From Paraspadella gotoi (Eukaryota; Animalia; Chaetognatha): DNA of 39,552 bases. Shown here one piece after another: positions 1 through 13,380 of this stretch. The notes under the pieces are model-generated. The model did not search any database and was not told the origin of the DNA. It saw only the letters and a list, made by a program, of their open reading frames with translations. The stretch is from contig CM119267.1 in the NCBI GenBank assembly GCA_051294375.1, forward strand, positions 48,945-88,496, in the 5' to 3' direction. The stretch's first letter is position 1. Each line of letters opens with the position of its first letter. Made by a program: the position numbers and the translations under genes.

Positions 1-2069
1 GAGTTACCCGTTTCCGTTCGTTTATCCCAGAATTTTAGTCATAATCTTAATATTTAACTTAAATATATTCTTAAACTTATCAACTAATCTTTAATCCTAA
101 TCTTTAATCCTAATCTCTAATCGTTAATCCTCAACGATAACCCTAAATCCTTACATTAATTTTTTTTAATATTAGTTACTGAGCAAAATCTTAAACCCTA
201 ATCACAAACCAAGACCCTAACCTTAATCACTAATCAAATCCCTAACCTTAATCACTAACCTTTATCCCTAACCTTAATCACTAACTTAATCCCTAACCTT
301 AATCCCTAACCCTAATCCCTAACCCTAATTATTAACCTTAATCTCTAACCTTAATTACTAACCTTAATCCCTGACCTTAATCACTAACCTTATCCCTAAC
401 CTTAATCACTAACCTAATCCCTTACCTTAATCACTAACCTTATCCATAACCTTAATCACTAACCTTAATCTCTAACCATAATCATTAACTTTAACCTTTT
501 ACCTAACTCCAAATTCCGAGTGGCATTTCCCGCCCCTCGGTTTGTATACCAAACGCCGCCTTGTTTTCAAGAACGCTCTGTTTTTGTCTTAAATTCGGAA
601 TTTATTTTTAGGAATTTGGAGTTACGGTTTAAAAGGCTTAAAGTTAAGTGGTCATTATGCGGGTTAATGATGGTAAGCGTTAGTGATTAAAAGGTTATGG
701 AGTCCAGGTTTGCTGTTTATTAAGCGTGGTGAGGATCTACGTGGGGGTTAGTGCATTAAGGTTATGGATTAAGGGTGAGTAGGATTAAAAAAAAAGTGGT
801 TATTGATAAGCGTTCTCCGTGATTAAAATCGCGTTATGGGATAAGGTTTGGTGTTAAGGTTTAAGGATCTAGGTTGTGATTAAGCGTTAGGGATTTAAGG
901 TTTAGTAATAAAAGGTTAGCTGATTAAGGTTTAATGATTAACGGGTTAGGGATTAACGCGTTAGTTTTGATTAAGGTCTAGGTGGATTACTGGGTTAGCT
1001 GATTAAGCGAAGGTTTAGGCATCTAGGCGTTCAGTGATTAGGGTTAGCGGGGTTAAAGCTTAGGGAATTAACCGCGTTAGGGCTTAGGTTAGCTGCATTA
1101 GGTTAGTAATTAAGCCGTTAGCGGGGATTTAGTGCAGTTAAGGTTAGCTGATTAAGGGCTTAGGGTGGATTAAGGTTAAGGGCCATTTATAAGGTTAAGG
1201 CATTAAGTTAGTTACTTAAGGTTAATGGATTTTAAGGTTAGGATTAAGGTTAAAGATTAGGTTAGACTCTGATTAAGCGTTAATGGTTAGCGATTAATGG
1301 TTAATAAATAATTATTAGCCGTTAGTGATTGAATTGTTGGAAGGCGTTTTTTACATTGAAGTTATAGTAATAAGGTTAAGGAATTAAGGCTAGTGATTAA
1401 GGTTAGCGGTTATTAGGTTAGGCTGGAAACTGTGAAGCCCGTTATGGTATTAAGTTTATATGCATTAAAGTTTAGGGGATTAAGCGTTTAGGGATTTAAG
1501 GTTATAGTAAATTAAGGTTGAGTGATTAACCGAAAACCCGTATAGTGCTGAAATAAGTTAACAGGTTTTATTAACTTGCATAGTAATATAAGCCGGTTAA
1601 GGCCATTAAGGTAGCTGATTAAGGTTAATGGGGGCATTAAGTTACGTTCATTAAGCGTTAGGGTTATTAAGGCTTAAGGTCAAATTACAGCTTAGTTAAT
1701 TAAGGTTAAGGATAAGCCGTTAGTGATTTAAAAGCGATGTTAGGGATTTGGTACCTGAAGGTAAGATTTATGCGCTTAGGTGGGATAATGTTGTGAATTA
1801 AGAGATTAAGGTACTTGGTTTGTGATTTATGTGTTTTTAAAATTTTTGCCTCTTTGAGTGACTAATACATTAAAACAAATTAATTCATAATGGATTTTAA
1901 ATAGGAGTTAATTGTTCGCGGAGAGGTAATTAACGATAAAGCTATATTAGGATTAAAGATTAGTTTTGATAAGTTTTAAACAAGGGTTATATTTAGGTTT
2001 AATTAATATTAAGCATTAAGACTAAATATTCTGCGGTATTACTAAACGAACCCCGGAAACGGGTAACTC
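1..2069. mobile_element. Foldback-type element: long inverted arms built from ~13-bp telomere-like subrepeats (TTAAGGTTAGGGA/TTAAGGTTAGTGA) around a ~90-bp loop
   Basis: 1-16 GAGTTACCCGTTTCCG is the exact reverse complement of 2054-2069, and similarity continues inward (1-190 vs ~1850-2069). Inner ends pair too: TAACTCCAAATTCC (~504-517) vs GGAATTTGGAGTTA (612-625). The left arm has CCTTAATC(A/C)CTAA repeats (~190-500); the right arm has the complementary repeat (~630-1820), longer and noisier. The left terminus may extend beyond the window, so no TSD is visible. Confidence 0.8.
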
Positions 2070-3742
2070 TCGGAAAAGAGCAGCCCAAACAACACACAGG
2101 AAGGAAGAGGAGTCTTTAAGCGATGTGAAGACAAACAGAAGGTTATGGGGGAAGCTGAATGGAGGAAAATGGGAAAGGGGGGTGGGGGCGAAAGCTGATA
2201 AGGTATAGAGACGAGATGACGATAATGTCTTCATAATGTGAAGAACAAAATGAGGAGTAATTTATGTAGGACTTAGAAATCAATGCTTTTGATCGCTAAG
2301 CCAACGCTAATACATAATAGTTACTGCAATACTGCAACTCACGCAGCATTCAATAACAAAGGATCAGCTGACGACAAAGAAAATAAAAAACAAAATTAGC
2401 AATAACAAATAAAAACAGAAAGATAAACAAAAGTGCGAAACGAGCAAGACTCGCGCGGCCTTTTCCGACAATTTAGAAGATGAAGGCCGAAAGGGTGGAA
2501 GGAGTTAACGACTTATGTTTGAGAATCGCTTGGACCGATTTCAATTATATGCGGTTAGGTCTCATACGCCTTACATACCTTATATAGCTTGACGTGTACT
2601 ATGCGTATTAACCCGCTGGGATTAAACAAGTAGGGTATGTAGTGATAGAGGTGATAAGAGGTATGGATAGTGAGGCTTGATCAACTAAAATCATAACTCA
2701 GGGAAAGATGTTGGGATACTGAATCATTTTAGTTAGTCTATGGGAATTATTTGAATTTGGGTTTATAGAACGATACTGAAGTGACTGTAGTTAGCTTATT
2801 AGGTAATGCCTGCTTGTATGTGTTCATACTGGGTTTCGATCAAAATCACCCCGAGCCTAAGTTGGTCGATTAAATATATGGAGCGGGCAGAATAATGCTT
2901 TTAATAAAATCGTCATGAGGGTAGTGTTTAATTTTGCTTTCGAAGATAAAGCGCAGAATCTTTTGTATAGGTGTACCACCGGTGGCGACCAGCAGGTGAA
3001 GCGTTTCTTTGTTTTTTTATTGGTTTTTTTCCTTGTTATTTTTGGAATTCGGGTTGTGGTTCTTTGGATGGCTCGCTACGTCAAATGTTAGGATAATTAG
3101 ATGTATAATGGATGTCAAGAAGATATAAAGAGGAAAAAATGGTTTAAAAAAAGTGGTGTTATTTTGTTTTGGTTAAACTGTCTTTTTTAACTTCCCTTTG
3201 ATCTCTGGGCGAGAGCTTTACGCCCCGGATGAAGACGACGTCGCTACTGACGGACGACAATCGGATCTCGTTACTACTTTAAACCTCGCATAGATCGGAA
3301 CTTAAGATGTAACGAAGACATACTTTGACGAACGACTGCTACGACGACGTACGTACGTTGAGCGTGGTCGGTACGGTATCTCGCATCTGCATCTACTGAC
3401 GCACGAAATGTTACGCTTCATTCTTGGATTCTTTCTTCCTCATTTTTCTCTTTTCTCTCTGATAAACCTCAATGGCTTAGGGGCACGTTTTTTTTTGATT
3501 TGGCTGGAATAATATATAAAAAATTTCTAGAGCAAACTGGTCAAACCAAAAACAATGTCCCTTAACTTAACAAACAAAAGTATTATAAAAATAAACTTTT
3601 ATAAACAAATTACGAAGCCAGAATGTAAGGACAAAAGTTTTGAATGCGCTATTCTTTTGTATTTAATTATTTTTTCTTCTCTCATGACTTGGAGGCCTTA
3701 TTTCCAGTTTTTTATTCGCAAATTTCAATTTATCTCTTTTCT

Positions 3743-3890
3743 TCCTTACGATGGCCTCCAAAATCCTCTTCTGGCATCTGTCCTGGGTCAATTGCCTTAC
3801 GGGATGGCCTCAAGATCCCTTCGTCTGGGCCATTCCCTGGGCTGCCGGCCAATTGGCCTTACGACTTCCGGCCCTCAAGATCCCCCTTGA
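3743..3890 (+). repeat. Degenerate ~55-60 bp tandem repeat, about 2.5-3 copies
   Basis: CCTTACG..GGCCTCAAGATCCC-like core recurs at ~3743, ~3795 and ~3856. Confidence 0.6.
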
Positions 3891-5689
3891 GGTTTGGAAA
3901 CCATGATTTGACAGCCGCTGGGCCAGGAACGGGTTGCTCGGGGAAGCCCGTTAAAATGCGCCGGCAAATTATGTAGTGCCCGGACTTGGTTGTGGGCCCA
4001 AGACTGATTGTGCGGTTTCGGATGTCTAGTCAATAACAAAAATTTAAAATAATAATTTTTATATGATTTTTGTTATTTCAATCTACAGTAATTAATTAAT
4101 CTATGTGAATACAAAGGCGGAAGAGTCAATCGCCTGACCTCCGCCGGTTGGCTATCAGCTTTTATGTAAAGACCATTTTAAAGATAAGTGATATTACGTT
4201 TATTTATCATATTAATTTATTTCTAGTTACAAAAAATCAATATTATATTTTCATCATATATATGTAATAAAAATAAAAAATACTTTTTTTTTAAATCTCG
4301 CCCGTTAAGTACTTGTGATATGGTTGTAGGCCAAAGGGAACAAACTAATCTGCCTCTAAACCCCAAAGACAATCAAGAGGCCAAAGCGGAACGCAAACGG
4401 GATCCTTGCCTCTTACACCGATAAGGAGAAAATCAAGGAGGAACAACTTTCTGGTTTCGAGAATGCGCAGCGGGGTGTGGAACAAGGTGGGAGGGAGAGC
4501 CAGGACGTTTTGACCTCGAGTGACGTAGGAGATCGCAGAGAGAGAGAGATGAAGAGTGACCGAATGAGATGAGAGTCAAATTGACGTTTCTGAGAAAAGA
4601 CGTGAGTGAGGAGGGATGATGGTTGATTTGGGGATTCATTTAGTTTTAAGTCTTTTTTGGAAGTGAGGGTTTTTGAGGTTTGGGTCGTTTTTTGGGGTAT
4701 TTATGTTTTTCGGGAGATAGAATCCTGTTTCTTATGGTTTTGGGTGGTGAGAGACGTAGGATGAGAGATGAGAGAGTAGAGAGGGAGGGATGGATTGAGA
4801 GAGATCTATGATTTTGTGAGAGAGGATGGTCGGTTGAGGAGAGAGAGACTGACGATGAGACGATTCGTTGGAGCAGAGAGCACCAAGAAAGTAGAGTGAG
4901 AGGAGAGAGGGTGAGAAAGTGAGAGAGACTGAGGAGAGCCGGTATATTACCTAACATCTTAAAAATTTGAATTTTCTTTTGTTTCCAAATCTTATTGTGT
5001 AATTAATTAAATGGAACTTGGTGCAATGCAATCATTTTTAAAAAATCCCAGTCCTCCCATAAAATTAAAGCAGTTTTCTTATTTAAATGACTACATCAAT
5101 TACTAAATCTCCTGCTTTTTCATTTTTTCGTTTCTTCTGCTCAAATTTCGTGTAGAATCGCTCGGGGAGACCGAATTTTCAGGACGCGACGCTGATTCAC
5201 TGTCGACTGTTTAAGTGGCACGCCGGGTCAAGCCCGATCCAAATGGGGCATTGGTAGCGTCATGCTGACCTGATCACGGCGCCTGACGTTAATAAGGAAA
5301 GCGTCAGCGTGCATCAAAGGCGAGACTAAGGGTCACGCCAGTGATGGCAAAACGTAAGTCGTGATGTGATCAAAAGAAGGAAAAAAACTTCATCTTTTGG
5401 AGAGTAATAAAGAGATAAAAACGAGTGATAAGAAGACAATATGTCATTATATGATACAACGATTGTCATGACCAAAAAAACATGTAGTGATCATAAAAAT
5501 GATGACGCATCAAATGATGCGGATGAAAAAAAGTCCAGGTAAATTATATACAAAAATCTAAAAAACAATATAATGAATTAATAGATTAAACAAATAGCGT
5601 ATTGTAGAAATAATCGATCTAAAGATTAATTTTGCAGAAACAAAGACGAAAAAAAAAACTTGAATTTGTGTCATGCGACGAAAAGGGCT

Positions 5690-6045
5690 CTCGTCCCCCT
5701 CCTTTCCCCCTTCCTCCTACCCCTTTCTTTCCTCCTCTTCCTCCCCCGCTTCCCTCCTCTTCCTTATCCCCTTCCTCCTCCTCTTCCTCCCCCCTTTCCT
5801 CCTCTTCCTTTTCCCTCTTTCTTCCTATTTTTCTCCTCCTTCTTCCTCCTTCCCTTCCCTCCTCTTCTTCCTCCTCCTCTTCCTCTTTCTCTTCCTCCTC
5901 CCCTTTGTTCTTCCTTCTCTTCCCTTTCCTATTCCTCTTCCTCCTTACTCTTCCTCTCACTCATCCCCTCCCTCCTCCCCCTTCCTCTCCTTTTCCTCCT
6001 CCTCTTTCCCTTTGTTCTTCTTCCTCTTCCTCTTTCCTAACTTCC
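5690..6045. repeat. Polypyrimidine (CCT/CTT) low-complexity tract
   Basis: Almost purely C/T on the + strand; flanked by a 13-bp inverted repeat (5674-5686, 6056-6068). Confidence 0.9.
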
Positions 6046-7127
6046 ACTGATTCGTCCTTTTCGTCGCAATCGACATCTCGTCTTGGCGTCCCGAGGGNNN
6101 NNNNNNNNNNNNNNNNNNNNNNTCTGTAGCCTCGTCATTAACTCAACGCCGCCGGTCGTTCTTAGCCTTTTTCCTTTTTTTATTTTGCTTTGTTGTGGTT
6201 TTGTTTATTTTGTTGCCATGGTGATCCGGAAGAGATCGTCGGGCGAAATCGATCGCCGAATTTGATCTCGGGATTTTGAAAAAAGAAAAAGATCACTTGA
6301 GTGATTTACTTAACACCTGAAATTGTACAATTTTTTTTTCCAGTTTTTTTTTCCCCGTCTATATAAATGTTTTGTTATTCCTTTCCCAGGACTATTAACT
6401 TACATCTACCATAGATACTTGATTCCTCAAATCCTGGGCTTCGCCTACTTGGCAGAGACGCGTCGTCATTTTCAATTGAGCGTCAAGACCGGCGCCATCG
6501 TCACTTTCGCGCCATCATCCTCGCGTTTTTGGTAGCGCAGAATCAGCTCAGGAAGTTAGCGGTCAACGATAGCCAACTCTACGAACATAGTTCAATACTA
6601 TTTTTTATATTTATAAAATATTTTGGCAAGTAGCAAAATGTTTATTAATGCCCGCAGTAATAGTTCAGTTTTAAGCCCATGAAAGTGATTTACATGTATT
6701 GGCGCAGCCACTCGTGTTTTATTTTGTTTTTTGTCAAGTAGTTCCTTTTTTTTGTTTGTTTTTTTTTAACCGGAAACCAAATATGGCCAAATCTAATATA
6801 AAATATAGATAAAAAATATTACGTCATTCATCATCATCTTCGTATCATCATCGTCGTCGTTCGTCATGGTCGTCGTCGTCATCGTCGTCGTTTTTTCTAT
6901 CGCGTGATAAACCAAACAGATGATTTTCTGTCGAGAATAAAATGAAAAAAAATTTTTAAATCTAATTAATGATTTTTGCATAGACTGAAGTTTCTTTTTA
7001 ATCATAAAATATTAAACTAAAAGAAATGAAATATAAAAATAATTACGAACGAACAGAAAAAAACCAGAATAAAAAAGAATTGTCAGATTATGATAAAGAT
7101 ACATAGAAGCTTAACGAACAACTATTA

Positions 7128-7282
7128 TTGTAAATTAATAAAAAACAGTTTTTAAAGGTCAACAACGATTTATTATTGGATATAAGCGGACAAGTTTAAC
7201 TCTTTATTAAGAGTCTTCTTCAGCGATTTTTAATAATCAACAATTTGTCCTCTCTTTAACATTAGCTTGAGAGTGAGAGAGA

Positions 7283-7313
<31 letters not shown>

Positions 7314-7419
7314 GGGAGATTCCAACAAGAATTTAGAAGGACAGTGGTCAGATGGTGAGGACAGGTGAAGGTAAGGACAGGGAAGAAGATAAGATTGGTT
7401 GAAACTTGAAAGGTGAAAA

Positions 7420-7451
<32 letters not shown>

Positions 7452-9210
7452 AGCAACAGAGGCAGAGAAAATAATTACATTTAAGCAATGTACAACAGAA
7501 TAATAAATGGAAAACTTAATACTAATTAGTATAACAAAAAGAAATTAATAATTTAGTAACTTTTAAGAATGAAATGTGAAAGGGAAAATAAGTTGTTAGG
7601 GATAGATAAGTGAAGGTGTTAGTGAAAGTAAGATAAAGAAAAGAGCTCAAAAAGGAGCTGGCCCCCCCCCGGGCCTGGCAAATGTAGGACGTGAGCGATG
7701 TGATCGGGTCATTGGCTTGTCATAGACTGGAAGTGTATTGTAGTAGGCTGGGGTAATGAATTCCCAAGGCCGTTCTAATATCCCTCTGGCCTGATAAGCT
7801 GCCGACGGCCCTCCTCTCGCCTGACGACGAGGCGGGTGATTAATCTGTTCTGGCCTGCTTAAATGCAGGGGATACAGATTCTCTCCTTCTTCCTGCCGCC
7901 GTCGTTTTGGGCGAGCGCTCGGTGCGAGGAGAGTCACACCAATTTGCTGCAAGGTTTGGGAGAGGCATCGGCGTCCATTGCCTGCTGAGAGGCTCCCGCC
8001 TGACCCGTTGAGTAGGGAACAGGGAATCACCGTGCGGTTGGGGTGGCGTTGGGCGTTCCACCTCCATTTTGATAAGCGAATCATAGCTTGAGGGAGGTCG
8101 AATCGTCCTCCATACGATTCAGAGAGGCTCGAGGGCTTTGATGTATATGCTCTTCTAATACCGCTCTAGTGAACTAGTTTTGGTCATGGGACAGCACGAG
8201 ACAGTCCGTCTCTCTAAACAGATGGCCAGAAGATGCCGAATGCTGGCAATAGCCGACAGAAAGTGACCCACGGGCGTCACGATAGGGCTTTATGTGCTGT
8301 TTTGAACCGATCTGAGAGAGCATTTTCCGGTCTCGCCCACGTATGCTGCTGAGCCAGTTTGGTTTCCCTTGCCTGCACAGGCCCGCCGCAGTAGACAGCT
8401 CCTGAGGTGTTCGGTCTGGGAATTTGTCTTTCGGTTTCACCAAATGCTCACGTAAAGAGCGCGCGGGCCGTCACTGAAGTGGAGATTCCCTGCTTTGCTA
8501 GCACCACCCGCACCAATGGGTTCAGTGATCCCCTGGTGGTAGGGAGGGACAGGTGGCCCACGTTCTTGAGAACGCTTCTGCTTATCTCCCATTTGCGCTG
8601 TGGTGGGCGCGGTAGGTCCTTTAGCAGCAGGCCTCGTTCGTCCTCCTGGGGGCCGGAGGTTGAACTTGCGTCAGCGGTTACTTGGGCAGCCCTTGTTGGC
8701 CACTGCCCTCAGCCTGGTTCAGCCGAAACCTAGCCTTCTCGTAAGCCCACAGAGGTAACCATTGAGCGCCAGGGCTCTTTTGACATGCTCAAGCTCGGCG
8801 GCCTTGGAGCTCGGGGATCGACGGAACTCAGAAGAGCTCTTCTGGTAAGGGACCTGACCGTGGCGAGCTTATGTGCCAAGGGAGCATGCGAATTGAGGGA
8901 ATGTATTGATCAGTATGCGTAGGTTTACGGTAGACAGAAAACTCCAATGAGCCACCCTCTTTGCGTTAATAAGCACATCGAGCATTGGAATTTTTCCATT
9001 CTCCTCCTTTTTTTGAGCTCTTTTCTTATCTTACTTTCACTAACACCTTCACTTATCTATCCCTAACAACTTATTTTCCCTTTCACATTTCATTCTAATA
9101 GTTAACTAAATTATTAATTTCTTTTTGTATTACTAGTTTAGTATTAAGTTTTCCATTTATTATTCTGTTGTACATTGCTAAATGTAATTATTTTCTCTGC
9201 CTCTGTTGCT

Positions 9211-9242
<32 letters not shown>

Positions 9243-9348
9243 TTTTTTTTCACCTTTCAAGTTTCAACCAATCTTATCTTCTTCCTGTCCTTACCTTCAC
9301 CTGTCCTCACATCTGACCACTGTCCTTTCTAAATTCTTTGTTTTGGAA

Positions 9349-9382
<34 letters not shown>

Positions 9383-9535
9383 CTCTCTCTCACTCTCAAG
9401 CTATTGTTAAGAGAGAAAATTGTTGATTATTAAAAATCGCCTGAAGAAGACTCTTAATAAAGAGTTGAAAACTTGTCCGACTTATATCCAATAATAAATC
9501 GTTGTTGACCTTAAAAACTGTTTTTCTATTTACAA
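7128..9535. mobile_element. Large inverted repeat: ~530-bp arms (7128-7657, 9004-9535) enclosing a ~1.35 kb GC-rich unique spacer
   Basis: The arms are near-identical reverse complements (e.g. GGTCAACAACGATTTATTATTGGATATAAG at ~7157 vs CTTATATCCAATAATAAATCGTTGTTGACC at ~9481; AAGAGCTCAAAAAGGAG vs CTCCTTTTTTTGAGCTCTT). No clear TSD or transposase. The mobile-element interpretation is inference, and an assembly artefact is possible. Confidence 0.55.
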
Positions 9536-10834
9536 ACAACAACGAAAGAAAAGAATCATAACAATGTAAGTTAATAAAATAACAATACAGAGACATCAAT
9601 AATACTATGCATCAGTAAAGAAAAAAGAAAGAAACTGAACTACAAGGAGAGAGAAGAGAGAGGAGAGAGGAGAGAGAGAGAGAGAGAGAGAGTAGATAGA
9701 AGATATGAAGAATGAGATGTTGAATATGATGGAGAAAAATGAAATCGGTCGGACAAAATTCTTTTTTTTTACAAAACGAGAAAAATAATGGAAGTAAGAA
9801 CGAGAGAGAAAGAAATTTTGTGAGAGAGAGAGAGAGAGAGAGAGAGAAGGAGAGAGGAGAGAGAGAGGAGAGAGAGAGAGAGAGAGAGAAGAGAAAAAGG
9901 GGGATAAGAGAGATAGAGAGAGAGAGACGTTCAAGCTTAAAAATTCCTTTTATAGTCGATAATTTATCTCGAATGGAGAAACAAAGAAAGAAAAAAAAAA
10001 TCATTGGCGCCATTTTTGAAAATTGCCAGACACTTCTTTTATTTTACTTTTTCCAGTCCAGATGCCAGATGCCATTTGCCATCTGCCATCCGCTATTGCT
10101 ATTCATTCATCTGTTATTGCATATTAAACCGCGATCCTAAAACATTCTCCCCTAACATCGTTGATTAATTTTTACACTGCAGTAAAAAAAAAAAAAAAAA
10201 AATTAAATTGCCATTCGCCATTCGCCATTCGCCATTGGATGCCATAATTCATTTCAATCAACCCCTATGACCTCTTAACTATTCCAGTAAGCCGCCTCAG
10301 TTACTCGCCCCGACTCGGTTGATTTTCTCGTCAACCGCCGCCCCTCCCGGCCGACCCTCCGGCTGCTCTTCCGGCCACCTCACCCGGCCGCCCTTCTCGG
10401 CCGCCGGACGCTCCAGTTTAGTCGCCGAGGGAAATTCGGCAAATAGAGAATTCCTCGAATCCGAAGGAAAAAGAACGATTTTCGTTAGCGGATGCTTCGC
10501 CACTTTTAATTAAATATAATTTGATTAAAAATAAATAATTACAATATTATATCAGTTCCTGAATATAACTTACTATTATAATAGTAGTGCCTTGCACAGG
10601 TTTTACATTATTGTTTTATTTATTAAAATTATTTAGTAAATTTTAAAAGTGTGGCGATTTACGGCCCAATCTTACAAAATTTATATTATTTTTATTACTA
10701 AACATTTAATTACTTATATTATTATATATTTTTAGATTCAGCTTTATCGAATATAAAACATTTGGTTTGATGACTGACTGCGCTGCATCTGAAAACCTAT
10801 TAAGACGGATTAGCTCTTTTGGAGACCAAAGGAA

Positions 10835-11385
10835 ATGGGAGGAGGGGAAGAAGGGGAGGGAGGAAGGGAAGGAGGGGAGGGAGGAAGGGGAGAAGGGGAA
10901 GGGAGGAAGGAGAGGAGGGGAGAGGAGGAAGGGGAGAAGTGGAGGGAGGAAGAGGAAAGAGGGGAGGGAGGAGGGAAGGATGGAAGGGGAGGGAGGAAAG
11001 GGGGAGGGGAGGGAGGAAGGGAAGAAAGGAGGAGGAGGGGAGGAGGAGTAAAAATAAAGGATGAGGGAGGGGGGGAGAGGAGAGGGAGTCGAAGGAGGAA
11101 AGGAAGGAGAAAGGAGGAGAAAGAGGAGAGGTAATAAAAAGAGAGAGGAAAAGAGGAAATAAAGGAAAGAGAAGAAAAGAAGGAAAGAGAGGAAAGGAAG
11201 GAAAGGAAGAAAAGTAAGGAGAGGAGGAAAAGGAAGGAAAGGAGGAAAAGGAAGGAAAAAAGGAAAGAGAGGAAAGGAAGAAAAGGAGGGAAAGAGAGGA
11301 TAGAGAGGAAAGGGAGGAAAAGAAGGAAAGAGAGGAAAGGGAATAAAAAGAGAAAGAAAAGGAAAAAAAGGGAAAATCCTGTTGA
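10835..11385. repeat. Polypurine (GGA/GAA) low-complexity tract
   Basis: About 550 bp almost entirely G/A on the + strand. Confidence 0.9.
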
Positions 11386-11529
11386 AAGAAGAATTTCTGG
11401 CAACCAGAAAAAAGTGTTAGAGACTAATTAATGGAACAAAGAAAGAAAATAAGAGAAAAAAGAAAAAAGGAAAAAAAAAGAAGAAATGGATGGTAAAAGG
11501 AGAATCGAGATAAAGAGCTCAAGAGAATT

Positions 11530-11591
11530 GAGGATGGTCAAAAGCTGTTAGAGAGAGAGAGAGAGAGGGGGAGAGGATGGTCAAAAGCTGT

Positions 11592-11625
<34 letters not shown>
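11530..11625 (+). repeat. Short direct duplication GAGGATGGTCAAAAGCTGTTA(GA)n x2
   Basis: Identical 21-mer plus GA run at ~11530 and ~11573. Confidence 0.8.
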
Positions 11626-11632
<7 letters not shown>

Positions 11633-12649
11633 GGAGAGGAAGAGAGAGAGAGACAGAGGGAGAAAGAGTGGAAGGGAGAGAGAGAGAGACACAGAGAGAG
11701 GATGAGCTCAGTTTTGTAACAAGCGCATTTCAAACTTCTATTTTCTCTTTCGTATTTGCATCTCAGAGGACCAGTCAACGATTAACCAATCATGAGACAA
11801 CCAATCAATGATTGAATTGACAATTTCTAAAATACCATCAGGAAGCATCTGATATTCGAAACCTAGATGGATTAGTTTCTTTAATATAATTAAGTTGACC
11901 TTTCTCCAACACAGACCCATTTCTCTTTCTCAACACATTCTATCATTCATTTCTATCAACTCTTCTATGACCACTTTGTATCATAGCAATCAATGACTGC
12001 TTTTTACCTTTTTATCACCATCACTATAATCCCTTCCTATCCTATCATAAAATTACTCTCTATCACTGATTTCAAGAAACTTTTTTTCAATCATCGCTAA
12101 TGTAGCATATTGTGGATTATTTCAAATGAGAGTTCCTCAATCTCATTTGCATATTGTCATATTCTGATTAAGTTTTGATAAATTTCTATACTGCTATCTG
12201 CTATACTAACTATCACAGCCCTCTTTCACTGCCATTTACCAAAATTTACTATTACATTCACCTAATTATGTCCCTCTACCCGATGTAAGATCGACCCTGT
12301 GAAACCGATCACGGTTCCCTCGCTCACCCATCACAATTTCTCACTCCCTTACCAAGAAAAGAGTCAATTTTTAATTCCTCTTCCTCTTCCACCTCCTTCT
12401 CCTCTTCCTCTTGTTTCTCCTCTTCCTCCTCCCCTCCCTTCTTCCTCCTTCTCCCTTCCCCTCTTCCTCCTCCTCATCCTCCACCTCCTCTTCCTCCTTC
12501 TCCACTTTCCTTCAAGAGTTTTCTGTGTAGAGAGAATTTGATCGAAGATCGAATTTCTTTGGGTCGAAGAATCTGGGTGGTTGTCGTTGTCGTTGTCGTT
12601 GTTATCGTTGTTTTTTGTTATGGTTTTCGGCATCTATCTTTATCTCTTT

Positions 12650-12651
12650 TT

Positions 12652-12738
<87 letters not shown>
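12650..12738. repeat. (TTTC)n microsatellite (also at ~20116-20160, ~25466-25570, ~26244-26335)
   Basis: Perfect tetranucleotide runs seen directly. Confidence 0.95.
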
Positions 12739-13030
12739 ATCGCCTCATCTTCTATGGATTTTCCCTTCCCTTTCTCTCTTCCTTATCCTCCTCTTCCCCC
12801 TCTTTCTCCTCCTCCTCTTTTTTCCCTCTTTCCCTCCATCTCCAAACTCAACAAAAGGCTCGCAATTAAGTTGAGATTAGAATTTCAAATGGACAGAGAA
12901 AGAGAGATAGAGAGGGAGAGAGAGAGAGTCACTTTGGTCAAATAGAGAGAGAGCGAGAGAGAGAGACCAAGAAGAGAGATGTCTTTGAACAGACAAGAAC
13001 GTTCTTATTCCAAAGCCGACCCATATCTCT

Positions 13031-13084
<54 letters not shown>

Positions 13085-13380
13085 ACTCTATCCTTCTCCT
13101 CTGCTCTCTCTGCTCTCCGCCTCTGGGGGAGATAGAGATCCATTTTTTTTGGCGCGAGTAGAAAACCGATACTCTATTTTTTCCTCCGCTTCGACCCTCA
13201 GGCCCTAACCTTTACCGCCCCCTTAGCCCCTTATTCTCCTTCATTCCTCTTTCGCCCCAATAATTTCCCTTATATCCCTTATTCCACTCTCATTTCCGCG
13301 CCCCCCGCCCCCTCTACCCCCTCATTTCCTATTTCTCCCTCCACCGAAAACTTTTTAAAAAGTCCGGAATCCATATTTGT

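Noticed and set aside
190-1820. True telomere or telomere fusion
   Set aside because: The repeat is a 13-mer variant rather than (TTAGGG)n and is enclosed by unique inverted termini, which fits a foldback element.
3477-3565. ~90-bp PIF/Harbinger-like mini inverted repeat with TTA/TAA ends
   Set aside because: The arms match only loosely and mostly through T/A runs in a noisy region.
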